Source of the DNA: Octopus sinensis
Lineage: Eukaryota
Reading direction: 5' to 3'
Assembly (NCBI RefSeq): GCF_006345805.1
Contig: NC_043019.1
Location: 28,209,360-28,273,359 of the forward strand
DNA: 64,000 nucleotides
The notes beneath the pieces were generated by a model. That model ran no database searches, had not been told where the DNA came from, and saw only the letters and a program-made list of their open reading frames with translations. Made by a program: the position numbers and the translations under genes. The number at the start of each line of letters is the position of its first letter. The stretch's first letter is position 1. Shown here piece by piece: positions 22,401 through 35,730 of the stretch.

Positions 22401-23094
22401 AACTGTAACAAGAAACGTTTAGCAGCATGGATTCAAAGTACTGCTATTGTTGTCTCCCATGATCTGGAATAACAAAAGCTGGATTGTCAGCTTATTAGAT
22501 GTATAGTAATAATATATTAAGATTACAATAATGTAGAACAACTGTAACTGCGTTCGTTAGGGTGCAACATGAGTGTAAAAGGGCATTTCCTATGCAGTCA
22601 TTTGGACTACTTCCCTAAAAATCATAGTGCAATTTTGTCTTTCATCATGTCAAGATTGAAAAGCAAATATACTTAGGTCAATTTTGTCGACTGTAAATTT
22701 TCCGTCCAAAGCTTGTCTTTGAGCCAAATAAGAAGAAAATCACTCAATTTTTTTTAATATAGTAAATCTCTTTTAATTATCTATAGAAATTGATTGAAAT
22801 ATTTTTTGCGAGATCAGTGGTAGGAATTATCTCCCTTACATCCAGCATTCTTTTATTTTAACAGGAGCAGAAAAGCCATAACAATTAGGCACTTAGAATA
22901 ATTCTTTCTAATTTTTGGCACAAAGCCAGCAATTTTTGAGGGAATAGGGAAGTCGATTACATTGATCCCATTGCTGAACCAGTACATATTATATTGACTC
23001 TAAAATGCATAGACTAGTCATTAGTGACTTAGACTTGAGGCAAGAAGGATGCCAAGAAGCAGACCAATCCAGAAAAGAAGGATTTGGAAGCTAA

Positions 23095-25200
23095 AGAACT
23101 CTTCACATGGTCAAAGATTTAGGGATATCCTCATCAAGAAATTTGATGAGAGGGAGGAGGAGCTACAGACCTAGAGAAAGCTTACTGAGAGCCACAGACC
23201 AAGTCTGCGGATGGTGCAAAGTCCCTTCCAGACATAGAGTAATGTGGTTGTGGAATAATACAGTAGACATAGCCATTAGAGCAAAGAAACAGGCCTGGAA
23301 AGCCAGGAAGAGTGGGGGTTGCCAGGGAACTGTATCAGATAGCCAAAAAGGAAGCCAAGAGACAGATATATATAGCCAAGGGAGTAGAAGAAAATAAGAA
23401 GTTTGCCAATGTTCAGTGATGTGAGGACCGAAGTATTTCGGATTGCAAGACAGTGTGTGAGAGAGTGAGAGAAAATTGTGATGTCACAGGAGAGAAATGT
23501 GTCCGCATAGATGATGGTGCACTTTTAATGATTCTGAAAAGAAAGAGGCTTGAAGAAGCCATTATGAAAAACTGCTGAACGTGGAGAATGAATTGGAGGA
23601 GGAGAGCCTGCCAAATGTTGACCCAGTAGAGGGACCAGCTATCCGAATAGACAGCATCTTGGTAGTTAAAGCAATTAAGGGTATGAAGCCAAGAAAACCC
23701 CCTGGCCCATCAGGAATCACTGCTGATATGCTTAAATCATCTGGTGGTGTGGGCTATGGCCTAGTCACCCCGTATTGTAAACCAGGTAGTTCATAATGGA
23801 GTCATATACAATGACTGGCGTAGCAGTACCATAGTCAACTTTAGATAGAAATAACTACAGGGGTATCGAACTGCTGGATCACGTGATGAAGGTCACAGAG
23901 AGGGTCATAACCCAACTAATTAGGGAGAGAGTCTGTTTAGATGAGATGCAGTTCAGTTTTGTACTAGGTAGAAGTACCACTGATGCTATTTTCCTGGTAC
24001 GGCAACTGCAGGAGAAATACCTAGCCAAAGATAAACCCCTATACTTGGCTTTTGTGGACTTGGGGAAAGCCATTGACAGGGTTCCCCAATCCCTTATCTG
24101 GTGAGTGATGTGGAAACAGGGGATTGACGAATGGTTAATAAGGGCTGTACAGGCCCTATACAGAGATGCCATGAGTAAGGTTAGGGTTGGCAATGAGTAT
24201 AGTGAATAATTCCAGGTAGAAGTATGGGATCACCCCTCAGCCCCCTCTTATTCATCATAGTGCTCCAGTCAATAACAGAGGAATTGAAGGCAGGTTGCCC
24301 CTGGGAGCTCCTCTATGCTGATGACCTGGCCCTCAGACCAGAATCACTACCAGAGCTAGAGAAGAAATTACAGGGGTGGAAGCAAGTAAGTAGGCAGGCG
24401 AACACATCACACACCCCTTCAGGTAGGTGGTCCTGCTCGTGTAGAAAAGGTGTAGGTAGAAACGCCATAAGATGTACCCAGTGTAAGCTATGGACGCATA
24501 AAAGGTGCAGCAACATCAAAGGAAGATTAACCGGGAAGATAACTTTTGTCTGCGGTAGATGCACAGGGGCAATAAACACCACAGATGCTCAGAGAACAGA
24601 TTTCATCACATGCAAGGGGGAGAAATAGAAGTAGTTGATAGCTTCCGCTACCTAGGTGACCAAGTCTGGAGTGGGGGTTGATGCTCAGAGAGTGTTACCA
24701 CTAGTATAAGAATTGCCTGACAAAGGGCCTCTTGCTCAGAGTGAAAGGTAGATTGTATGATGCATGTGTGCGAACTACCATGCTTCACGGCAGTGAAACA
24801 TGGGCCTTGACTGCTGAAGACATGCGGAGGCTCGAAAGAAATGAAGCTAGCATGATCTGGATGTGTAATGTCAGTGTGCACACACGACAGAGTGTAAGCA
24901 CCATGAGAGAAATGTTGGACATAAGAAGCATCAGATGTGGCCTGCAAGAGAGACGTTTGCGCTAGTATAGTCATGTACTATGGATGGACGAGGAGAGCTG
25001 TGTGAAGAGGTGCTACTCCCAAACAGTGGAAGGGATCCAGGGTAGAGGGAGACCCAGGAAGACATGGGATGAGGTGGTCAAGCATGACCTTCCAAAGTTG
25101 GGCTTCACAGAGGCAATGATGAAAGATCAAGACCTCTGGAGATATGTTGTGACTGAGAAGACCCAGGAAATAAAATGAGATCACAGCTGTAACCTACGCC
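23095..25200 (+). mobile_element. Decayed RTE-clade LINE (5'-truncated) with a Cys-rich zinc-finger insert after the YADD motif
   Basis: RT motifs YLAFVDLGKAIDRVP, GSPLSPLLFIIV and LLYADDLAL; CTQCKLWTHKRC...FVCGRC; C-terminal GRGRPRKTW; many stops and frameshifts. Confidence 0.92.
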
Positions 25201-25393
25201 AGTGTTGCATAACCAACCCACTCAAAAAGCACCTTTGGATCGTAGGGCAACATGCTGTGCTAAAGGCATCTGTAAAATGTAAAACTGCTGTTAGAGAAAA
25301 ACCATTGTTCCACTGTTGGAACAATTCTGTTGCAGTGTTAATTTAAATTTGGCTGTAGTGGATCGAATCTACTTCATGCATGCAAGATCCACT

Positions 25394-25424
<31 letters not shown>

Positions 25425-26254
25425 CAGGCATAGGGGTAGCTATGTGGTAAGTAGCTTGCTTACCAACCACATGGTTTCGGGTTCAGTCCCACTGCGTGGC
25501 ATCTTGGGTAAGTGCTTTCTACTATAGCCTCAGGCCAACCAAAGCCTTGTGAGTGGATTTATATATATATATAAATATATTCACGATGGGCTTCATTTGT
25601 TTTAGTTTCCGTTTAATAAATCCATTCACAAGGCTTTAGTCATCCTGAGGCTATAGAAGAAGACAGATGGCTAAGATGCCACGCAGTGGGACTGAAACTG
25701 GAACCATATGGTTGGAAAGCAAGCTTCTTATCACAGGCCACACCTGCAATGATAAAAAAAGTTTCAAATATTTATTGCTTTTATTATATTATGCCGATCT
25801 TTAATGTCTTCAGTAGTTTCACTTTCTGGATCACAAAACGAAACTTTAATATTTACAGAAAATTAGCGGAGGACTTTCATTTAATTCTTCCAAATCTTTC
25901 TGTTAAAACTGCATTGAAATCATGTCGCACATCACAAGGTTTAACAGAACCTACTGAAGCAAGTCAGCACGCTCGCAGCATCACTACAGGCGATGGTGAG
26001 TGGAAAATGTAACTGCAAAATTCATTTTAAAAATACACAATTATTTAGTAAGTTATTTAGAATCAATGTCGGGATGCAGGCCAAATTGGAATAATTAAAT
26101 ATACTTCCTGGTATACAAAAAAACAGGGATAGTTGTACCTGAAACAACTAGAGATTTACCTACACAGGCGTACCCCACCTCCAGCTTTGTTTTCTCACAA
26201 CTTTCAGAAAAATAGATACATTTTAATGGAAATTCACTATTTTAGCAGCTGATT

Positions 26255-27050
26255 TCTTCTTCTTCTTCTTCTTCTTCTTCTTCTTCTTCTTCTTCTTCTT
26301 CTTCTTCTTCCAATCAGGACTCATGCCATTAGCCACAAAGAATAATCTCTAATTCGAGCCTACTCAAAGCTACTAAGAATACGTGTGGCAACTTGAAGAT
26401 CCACCCACGACACGCAATAGACTGGGGCGCGAAAGCTACGTTGTTATTCTCATTCCGTAAACGGTGGCTTTTTTAATGGGTGGAGAGATGAACCATCCTG
26501 GGGTACAGAGGATTCGCAATCTAGACTAGAGCCCGAAAGATTACCACACCATGATGGGTTACACCATGGTTACTCTGCTTTGTGGCAGAAGTAAGAAGAA
26601 AGAGTGAGAGAAAGTTGTGGTGAAAGAGTACAGCGGGGTTCACCCCCCCACGCTGGAGCCTCGTGGAGCTTTCGTGTTTTTGCTCAATAAACACCCACAA
26701 TGCCCGGTCTGGGAATCAAAACCGCGTTCTTACGACCGCGAGTCCACTGGGCCATTGCACCTCCACAGCAGCTGATGTTTCTACTCTGCTGAACAGCTGT
26801 CGTACTTGATCTGTTTCATTAGATATGAGTGCTATGTCATCTACGAAGACCCGGTCAGTGATGGTTACTGCTGGTGAAGTAAGAAGAGGAAAACGTTGTC
26901 ACACATCGACAACTTGATTGCAAACACTGTCCTGGATAATGTATCCAGGACCTCTAAGCAGTGATGGTCGCCCGAGATGTGTGGCGGACAGACTTTGTTG
27001 CTGCGGCCCAAGTTGGAAAGTGGCCATAATAAATAATAATTAATGAAAAT
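26255..27050 (-). mobile_element. Decayed LINE RT and 3' end with a (GAA)n tail, interrupted by a SINE head (about 26575-26765)
   Basis: Minus-strand ITDRVFVDDIALIS...RVETSAA resembles the ITDLDFADDIAL RT motif; (TTC)n at 26255-26309 on + is the tail. Confidence 0.65.
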
Positions 27051-27113
27051 TTCTACAAACATCTTTCTGATGCAGTAGATTCCAGTTATATCAGAATTTG
27101 TAGTGGAAACAAA

Positions 27114-27530
27114 GGATCTTTTCGGTTTGAACGGCAGTTTTTTCTAGCGGCGCCATATGAAATTGTCACCCATAATTATGACCCTAGTATCGATCTATTG
27201 CATTTCAGTCTGTTTTAGGGTTAGGGTTAGGGGTGGGGGAAGGGTATCTTTTTTTCTTCAGAAATGTAAATAAACCCAATCTGTTTCTTAAACGAGGGAC
27301 ATATTCATACGGCACAGAATGTTTTCACCTCAATAGACGTCATTGATTGGTTGAAATTGCAGAAATTGAAGAAAAAACAACAACAAATATCTTACAAACT
27401 ATAGAATTTTCTCAATAAAGCCAAGAGAAAAAGATGTTTTATAAACACATTCTACCAGTATACGAAGTTTAAAAGTGTTTAGTTATGTGGAAATTATTTT
27501 AAAAAACTGCCGTTCAAACCGAAAAGATCC
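27114..27530 (+). mobile_element. Intact 417-bp GGATC-TIR MITE containing internal TTAGGG repeats
   Basis: Perfect 29-bp TIRs GGATCTTTTCGGTTTGAACGGCAGTTTTT; 8-bp TSD GAAACAAA (27106-27113 and 27531-27538). Confidence 0.92.
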
Positions 27531-28813
27531 GAAACAAATTTCGGAATTGGAGAAGAGTTGTCAATAATTCAGCAATCGACTTCGTTTCCTTATAATTTCC
27601 AGAGAAAAGATCTTTCGATTAAATTTTAATAACAAATACCTTTTAAGGTGGTGTAGATTACGATAATGTCAGAATTCAATGTGAATAATAATAATTTAAA
27701 AAAAGGTGGGCGCGTACACGTACATGTTCATAAACATCACATAATTTCTCAACGTTTCAAGTTTCATTTTGCAGATATAATATGCGACATGCGTCAATAT
27801 GTATGTGTGCGCGCGTCCACCAATCTTTCTTTTGGCCTTAAATTCCGATATAATTATTATATATACCATTTGAGAGGTATTTGTAGAAAATTCCTTTAAA
27901 AAATACCCATTTTTCTGAAAGTTATGAGGAAACAAAGTCACAAGTGGGGGATCACATATGAGAAGATAAGCCAAAAGACGGATGGTTGTGATTGAAACAA
28001 TTTGATTAAAGGTCTACTCGATAGATCAAAGCCAATTTAGTACTAATTAACAAGTTACTTTAATCAATTAGTCGAGTTACATTTGTATATGAAAAGTATG
28101 AAAATAAAAAAAAAAAATATCAAAACACACAAATTAATGACGTCATCAAATTATGTGTTTATGTTTAGCCGAACATTGTGGAAGTGATTTTGCATAAAAT
28201 AATGCTATTGATAAAGGAGATATATATTTGAAGGTTTAAGTCCCGTAAAAAAAGGAAGCTTAATTTATGATTTTGAACTAAATTATTGAGTCACTATATC
28301 AATACATTAGATCCTGGTTTGTGTTATGTTAATCGTATATCACTGAAGAGATCGAATTATGTCGGAAACCTCAGCTTTGGACGTCGAGCCTTCAACCGAG
28401 GTGAGTGGAATCAATAAAAGCTCTCTTATTTTACTTATTAATTACGACCTTGTTTGTTTATATATATATATATATACATATATATTTGTATCTGATGATA
28501 ATATTATTATTATTATTATTATTGTGGGTTTTGCCAGTATTCAGGTTGTATAATAATAAAATTTCTAGATCAGAAATTTTTCTCTGACCGAAATTTCTTC
28601 CTTCTGTAATAATAATAATAATAATGTTGCTTCCGACTCTTTCTCAAAGAAGGTGGTTTCCATTGTCGAAGACAAAAAAAGACCTTTTTGACTTACGATT
28701 TGACATTCGAACACAATGTCATGGTTTGAAATAATTATAAGAATTATACTGCATGAAAATATTACACTTTATTTAGCCCGTTATGATAATAAACTCTTGT
28801 TATTTTTGCTGTC

Positions 28814-28815
28814 AT

Positions 28816-28863
<48 letters not shown>

Positions 28864-28878
28864 GTGTATATATATATA

Positions 28879-28921
<43 letters not shown>

Positions 28922-28980
28922 ATATATATATATGTGTGTGTATATATATATATATATATATGTGTATATATATATATATA

Positions 28981-29039
<59 letters not shown>

Positions 29040-29156
29040 ATATATATATGTGTGTATATATATATGTGTGTATATATATATGTGTGTATATATATGTGTG
29101 TATATATATATGTGTGTATATATATATGTGTGTGTGTATATATGCGTGTATATATA

Positions 29157-29187
<31 letters not shown>

Positions 29188-29362
29188 GTATATATATGTG
29201 TGTGTGTATATATATGTGTGTGTGTACATATATATGTGTGTGTATATATGTGTGTGTGTATATATATATATATATGTGTGTGTGTGTATATATGTATATA
29301 TATGTGTATATTTATACACACACACGTACACATGTATATTTATATAGTACACATACATATAC
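28814..29362. repeat. About 550-bp compound (CA)/(TA)/(TG) microsatellite
   Basis: Direct reading; it generates the spurious long low-complexity ORFs. Confidence 0.97.
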
Positions 29363-31071
29363 GCTAGAGATGCTAGAAACAGAAACCAAATTGTCCCTGA
29401 GATCATACTCCTCCCTGCTTTTTAAATAAAGGAAGGACATGCAATTGTACTCATAGACGTACCTTCAATGACAGGAACGTCTTGACCGGAATGTTTTTTT
29501 TTGTTAATCACAGAGAGGTCAGAGAAAGCGAAACCGTGGAACTAAACTCTAATTTACCATTAATTGCATTTATTATACACATATTTAGGCGATCATATGG
29601 CGATCTTGGAAAGGTCTACTAGAGACGAAAGATTGCCCATATTTATTACACACACGTAGGATAACTAAACTCTACATTCTATTTTGGTACATTGGTGGAT
29701 TTATTGATTGCACTCGTGACAGTAATAAACTATAAAAATTATTTAAAATTACATAATCAGCGTTTAAATATCTGCAAATTCTTCATTTTCGGACACCTCA
29801 ACAAAACTGTCTCGGGAAAAGCTTCGGATATATTCTTCATTCAATATATATATATAGATAATGTCGGTGTTTTGCTAAATACGGAATAATATATAAAATC
29901 AAACTATGGTTATTTCAAACACTTCTTGGGGACATCTGTTTCTTCTCATTGCACTCTGCAGAAAGCTGAGAGAGCACTTAATGGAATTGGCGTTTGGTAG
30001 CTGGAAACTGTGCAGAAGCCCGCCGAATGTATCAATTACACTAGGCTTCACAGTTTTCCCCATTTGTTTTTAGATATTTGGACGCATTGCAGATTGTACT
30101 TTTAACCAACAGGCCGATGTTGCCGCTAGCTAACCTAACATAAAATGCAACGATAGTCTGATGTTAGCGCTGTTTATTTTTCTTGTTTAACCCCAGGTCG
30201 TCCCGGATCCAGTAGACCTGTAATCGAAAACATTTTTGTTATCAGATATAACGTACTTTGGACTACACTTTCTTGTGTAATCTTCCTTTCTTAAGACCAT
30301 AGGGTTCGATTTAAGGGGAGATTTGGCTGTTATTTCTAGTCCTTGGTCCAGTAGACCTATAATCAAAGACAGCTTTTTCAAGATTCAAGCATAGCGTACT
30401 TCGGACTGCACTTTTTTGTGTGACCTTTCTTTCTTAAGACCACAAGATGCAATTTAGGGGCAGATGTAGCTGTTATATCTGGTATATTAAATGACTATTC
30501 AGAAGCTCCTTGCATTGTTAGTTGTTGCTGTCTTTGAAGATGGTAAAATTAACTCGGGCATGCTTAATTTTCGCGGTTATCTCCCGGTGACATTGCCGCT
30601 AGAAATTAAGTTATGCTAGGCTTAACACCTTGCGAAGTGCATCCAAAAATTGAGTAAGATTTTCAGATTTAGCTCATTTAATATTTGTGGGATTTGAATC
30701 AGTTCTGAGCCTAGCAAGACATCATTATCTGCATAATTACTACTTAGAAGGGTTAACAAGCATCCTTTGTGTAACAATTCGACTTCTGACGTAATATGGA
30801 ATGCGTGGACCACACACGGCGGCGGCCACTGTATATGAACGTGTTTTTTGTACGCGAGCCAGTTCAACCTGATACCACCGCATTCTACCATCTTAATAAT
30901 GGTGTATCCACACAAATGTACCCCTTCCCTTCTGAAAAAGAGTTTTCGCAACAAATTCCGACATCACCCGAAAGGTATTTGTCGAAAATATTATTTAAAA
31001 AAATGTCCATTTTCTGAAAGTTATTTGGAAACAAAATCGGACGGGTATACTTGTGTAGGTATGCTCTACAC

Positions 31072-31365
31072 CAGTGGTTCCCAAACTTTTTCGGGCTGCT
31101 GCCCCCTTGGCACCCAGCCCACGTTCCTAGCGCCTCCCCACCACTCGCCACCATAAACGTAGACCACTTTCTGCAAAATATTCAAAACATCTGTATTTTA
31201 CAAATAAAACTTATCCCTATTAATCCATTATTTTATTGTTTTTACATCCATTTGCCCCCCCCCCATTTTGGCCACCCCATTATCTCCCCACTTTTCTTCA
31301 ATGCCCACCTGGAGCTTTCTACAATATCCGGCAAAGGGCAGTACTGCTCACTTTGGGAACCACTT
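31072..31365. mobile_element. hAT (Charlie-like) MITE
   Basis: TIRs CAGTGGTTCCCAAA / TTTGGGAACCACTT and an exact 8-bp TSD CTCTACAC (31064-31071 and 31366-31373). Confidence 0.88.
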
Positions 31366-31876
31366 CTCTACACAAAAATAGGTTCAGTAATTCAATTTAC
31401 GGCATCACTTTTTACTTTTGTCACTGATGCTGAATGATAAAGTTGAAGTTGATATCCTTAACCGATGTATCTTGAGATAATGTCATCCTCATCATTATTT
31501 TCACCTTCACTTTTTCATGCTTGCATGGGCCAGACGAAATTTGTTGAGTCAGATTTTCTATAGCCCTATGCCCTTCCTGTTGTCAACCCTTTCTTGCTTC
31601 CTGACCTGACATATTTTCAGAGAAACTTGGAAACAAAGGACACCTCTTGTATGATGGTGACTCTCGTTTACAACAGTCAAGAGATGTTAGTATGAGGCAG
31701 TAACACATGCATGCAAGTACTTGTGACAGACCTCTTTCAGTTTCATATACATGGCAGTGTGGTAAAAAGCTTGGGTTCAGTCCCACTGCATTGTACCTTG
31801 GGCAAGTGTCTTCTACGATAGCCTTGGGTGAACCAAAGCCCTGTGAGTGGTAGACAGAAACTGAAAGAAGCCTTTC

Positions 31877-31933
<57 letters not shown>

Positions 31934-32753
31934 TACATATCTGTGTGTTTGTGTCTGTTTGTCCCCCCATTATTGTTTGATGACTGGTGTTGGTTTGTTT
32001 ATACCCCTGTAACTTAGCAGTTCTACAAAAGAGACTGATAAAATAAGTACTAGGCTTTAAAAAAGTAAGTCCTGGGGTCAATTTATTTGACTGAAACAAG
32101 AATAAAAGATAGAATACATGCACCCATAAATATGTAAACATGCAGACACAGCCCTCAATAAAGACCTGGTTGTGTGATTAAGAAGGTCACTTCAAAACCA
32201 TGTGGTTTCGAGTTCTGTCCCACTGTGGAACACCTTGGGCAAGTGTCTTCTACTGTAGCCTAAAACTTAATTTAATCACTTTTAGCAAACTGTTGTGCTA
32301 AGTTCCTTATTTGGGGAAATATTTTTGTTATGTTTACGAGATCCTTATTCTTATAATTATTGCATATAAATCTGCATGAAAAATGCTATAATTAAATCAA
32401 TGTTAGCATGTTTAATGCATGGAACCTGGAAGAAAAATGCAGTGAAATAAAAATGTTTTGCTCATTGACTAATATCTTGGCAGTCTTCTGGAACACAAAT
32501 CTCTGACTGCATGTCCTACACAAAGGAAATGTTTTCACCTCTGCTCTCCTTTCTCCTCTATATTCCTCTCTTCCACTGATGTCCACTGATAATTTTACCT
32601 CTCTGATTTTCATTTAGGTGTGATGTAACCCCTTACATTGGAGTGAACTCATTCAGTCTAGGACCAATAAATATTTCAAAAATATAACCGATATCGAGTG
32701 AAGAGAGCTCTATCTGATTCCCACTCGGGAGAGTTGTGGCTCTTTACGATATA

Positions 32754-32759
32754 ATGAAG
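32754..32759 (+). CDS. MFF: Probable MFF start codons (Met-Lys) at the end of a mostly non-coding exon 32618-32759
   Basis: Acceptor catttAG at 32616-32617; exon ends ATG AAG|GTAAAC; phase 0 joins in frame to the exon at 36361, which has no ATG at its own 5' end. Confidence 0.55.
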
Positions 32760-32892
32760 GTAAACTATTTAAAAGCTTAGACTCACTGAAAGGACTGATG
32801 TATAGTCGAGTCTTGTTCGATAACTTCTTTTCTAATGGATCCTCAAAAAAATATAAAAAAACATACTGTCAGTTGCTATCACAGTGAAAAAG

Positions 32893-33370
32893 TGGAGGTA
32901 TGTGGCTTAGTGGTTAAGGTGTTGGACTCATTGCCATAAGATTGTGGTTTCAATTCGTGGACTGGGCAACATGTTATGTTCTTGAGCAAAACACTTCATT
33001 TCAGGTTGCTCCAGTCCACTCAGCTGGCAAAAATGAGTAATCCTTTGATGGACCAGCCTCCGGTACAGGTGGGGTATTTATGCGTCATGGAAACTGGGAA
33101 ACCAGCGAGGAAGTGCATTGTGACCAGTGGTGTATAACAACATCTGATAGTGTTTGGTTTTTATAGTGACACATCATACAGTGGAGACATGTGGCTTAGT
33201 GGTTAGGGTGTTGGACTCATTGTCATAAGACTGTGGTTTTGATTCCTGGACCAGGCGACATGTTGTGTTCTTGAGCAAAACACTTCACTTCATGTTGCTT
33301 CAGTCCACTCAGCTGGCAAAAATGAGTAATCCTGTGACACAGACTGGCGCCCCATCCGTGTGGGGATGAA
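32893..33370 (+). mobile_element. Two tandem copies of another tRNA-derived SINE family, just after the MFF start exon
   Basis: GGAG..ATGTGGCTTAGTGGTTA.GGTGTTGGACTC heads at about 32893 and 33182, with a shared CTTGAGCAAAACACTTCA...CCACTCAGCTGGCAAAAATGAGTA core. Confidence 0.75.
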
Positions 33371-35730
33371 ACTGGGAGATTGACCCTTATGAGTCATTGT
33401 CATAAGACTGTGTTTCTTTCAATTAATTTTAAATATAACAAAGAATTTAGTAAAATAACTTAGTTATCATTAAGCTAGTGTTAGCAACATAAATTGTGAC
33501 TAAGGTTTGGCGGAAGATTTTAATTCTAAACTTATGAAAACAAGACATTTGTACTAGAGATCCAGAGGCAGTTTCAGCTGGGTTGGTATTGAAAGAGTTA
33601 AACTGTCATTGAAGTAATTTCACAATTATCCTGCTTTTTTTTAGTAAAATATTGGTTTCAATTCAGTATTGTAGATAAATTAATAAAGCTGGAAAGGTGA
33701 TAGGAATATTAACCTATAGGTGAATTGATATGTATAAGAAGTGAAGTACATTTTTTTTATATAGGCTCAGGGTATAGCTGTGTGGTAAGTAGTTTGTTTC
33801 CCAACCATGTGATTTCAGGTTTAGTCTCAATGCATGACACTTGGGGTAAGTGTTTTCTTACTATAGCCCTGAACTGACCAAAGCCTTGTGAGTGGATGAG
33901 TGGATTTGGTAAACAAAAACTGAAATAAGCCTGTCGTGTGTGTGTGTGTGTCTTCCATCACTACTTGACAGCCAGTGTTGGTTTTTTATGTCTCCTTAAC
34001 ATTGCTGTTCGGCAAAAGGGACTGACAGAATAAGTACCAGACTTTGTGAAAAAATAGAAAAAAAAAGCACTGGGATTGATTTGTTCGAGTAAAACCCTTC
34101 AAGTTGGTGTCTCTGTATGGCTGCAATCCAATAACTGAACCAAACACAAGAAGGAAGATATGTGGGTGAAACTGATCATAGAAGAGGAACTGAGATGTAA
34201 CTTCATTTGGTTGGATTAAAAATTGGGAACGGAACAAATCTCACTGAAGTATCCATGGAACATCATCATTTAATGTCCTCTTTTCTATGCTTGCATGGTT
34301 CAAATGGAGTTGGTTGAGGTGGATTTTCCACAGCAGCCAGATGCCCTTCTCTGTCACCAACCCTCACCTGTTTCCAAGTAAAGTAACATTTTCCCATGAG
34401 CAGATGTTTTCACAAATGATTGGAAACAGGATACAGTTTATAACTATCATGATCTCAAGGCAAAGAGGCAATAACGTGCATGCACACACACAGACACACA
34501 ATGATGGACTTCTTTCAATTTCCATTTACCAAATTCACTCACAAGGCTTTGGTCAGCCTGGAGCTATAGTAGAAGTCACTAACCTAAATACCATGCAGTG
34601 GGACTGAACCTAGAACCATGTGGTTGAAAAACAAACTTCTTACCACACTGCCATACCTGCACCTTATATCTTAGACAAATGAAATACAAATAATATGGAA
34701 GGAATTATATGTCTGTTAGTGGTTTTTAACTCTTCAACATTCAGATTACTGTATCAAATGTAATGCTTATTTATTCACATTGTTTTAAACTAATCTTGCA
34801 TTATCTTGTAACTTCAAGATTTCAATGATGTGATTATTTTTAGAATGACATTACAGGGTTGGTGTGAGAGGCCAGAACTGGCCAGTTTGAACATAAAACA
34901 GGTTGAATATTTGAGCTGCATATGACTGGTTTAAATGCTATCAAGTTTACCTTTGCCCTTCGGTTGTATTAGAAGCTTGCTCAGACTGGCTTCGTTTGAA
35001 TGAAAATCAGTTAAGGTCCTTATTATATCGACTCCAGTGCATAGCTGGTACTTATTTAATCGACTCCGAAAGGATGAAAGGCAAAGTCGACCTCGGCAGA
35101 ATTTGAACTCAGAACATAAAGACAGACTAAATACTGCTAAGCATTTTGCCCAGCTTGCTAATGTTTCTGCCAGCTTGCCACCTTAAACTGCCAAGTATAT
35201 TAAAGGCTTTATAAGTAAATACTGTCCTACATGGTAGCAATGTGTTTGTGAAAGATTAATGGGTGTGGTTGGCGTTAGGAAGGGCATCCAGCTGTAAAAA
35301 CACTGCTAGATCAAACTGGAACCTGGTGCAACCTCCTGGCTTCCCAGATCCGGTCGAACTGTCCAACCCATGCTAGCATGGAAAACGGATGTTAAACGAT
35401 GATGATGATGATGATGTGGTGCTGAAGAGCAAGCAAGAACTCTTGAAATATACATATACACCCATTCCCTATTTTTCTATCTTCAACAGCATTATTTACA
35501 TAGATGTTTTCATATATGAAACCATAACTTTCAGTTCTGGCTCTAGTTTCTACTGAAAATCTGTAGAAATAATTTTAAAAAGTGATTGGATTGCACTGCT
35601 AACACAGGTAGGACACAGTATTGAATTAAAAAGTCTTTTATATACTTGATAGTGTATTATGGTCGTATAACAAAATACAGTGTCCTTACCAGCAATTAAT
35701 AAAGTGTTATCTGAATGCTAAAAGGTTTAA

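Noticed and set aside
25859-25995. Exon-like segment (tttacAG ... GATG|GTGAGT) with an open frame KLAEDFHLILPNLSV...
   Set aside because: No recognisable homology and no compatible partner exons; splice-like motifs alone are insufficient.
28343-28415. CTGAAGA...GAAAC hammerhead-like motif
   Set aside because: Stem II does not close properly, the cleavage-site base would be G, and stem I is not convincing; at most a heavily decayed relic.
28716-29429. Long ORFs (161-237 aa) on both strands
   Set aside because: They are translations of the (CA)/(TA)/(TG) microsatellite (YI/CV/HT dipeptide runs), not genes. The same applies to 54703-54953 and 60157-60549.
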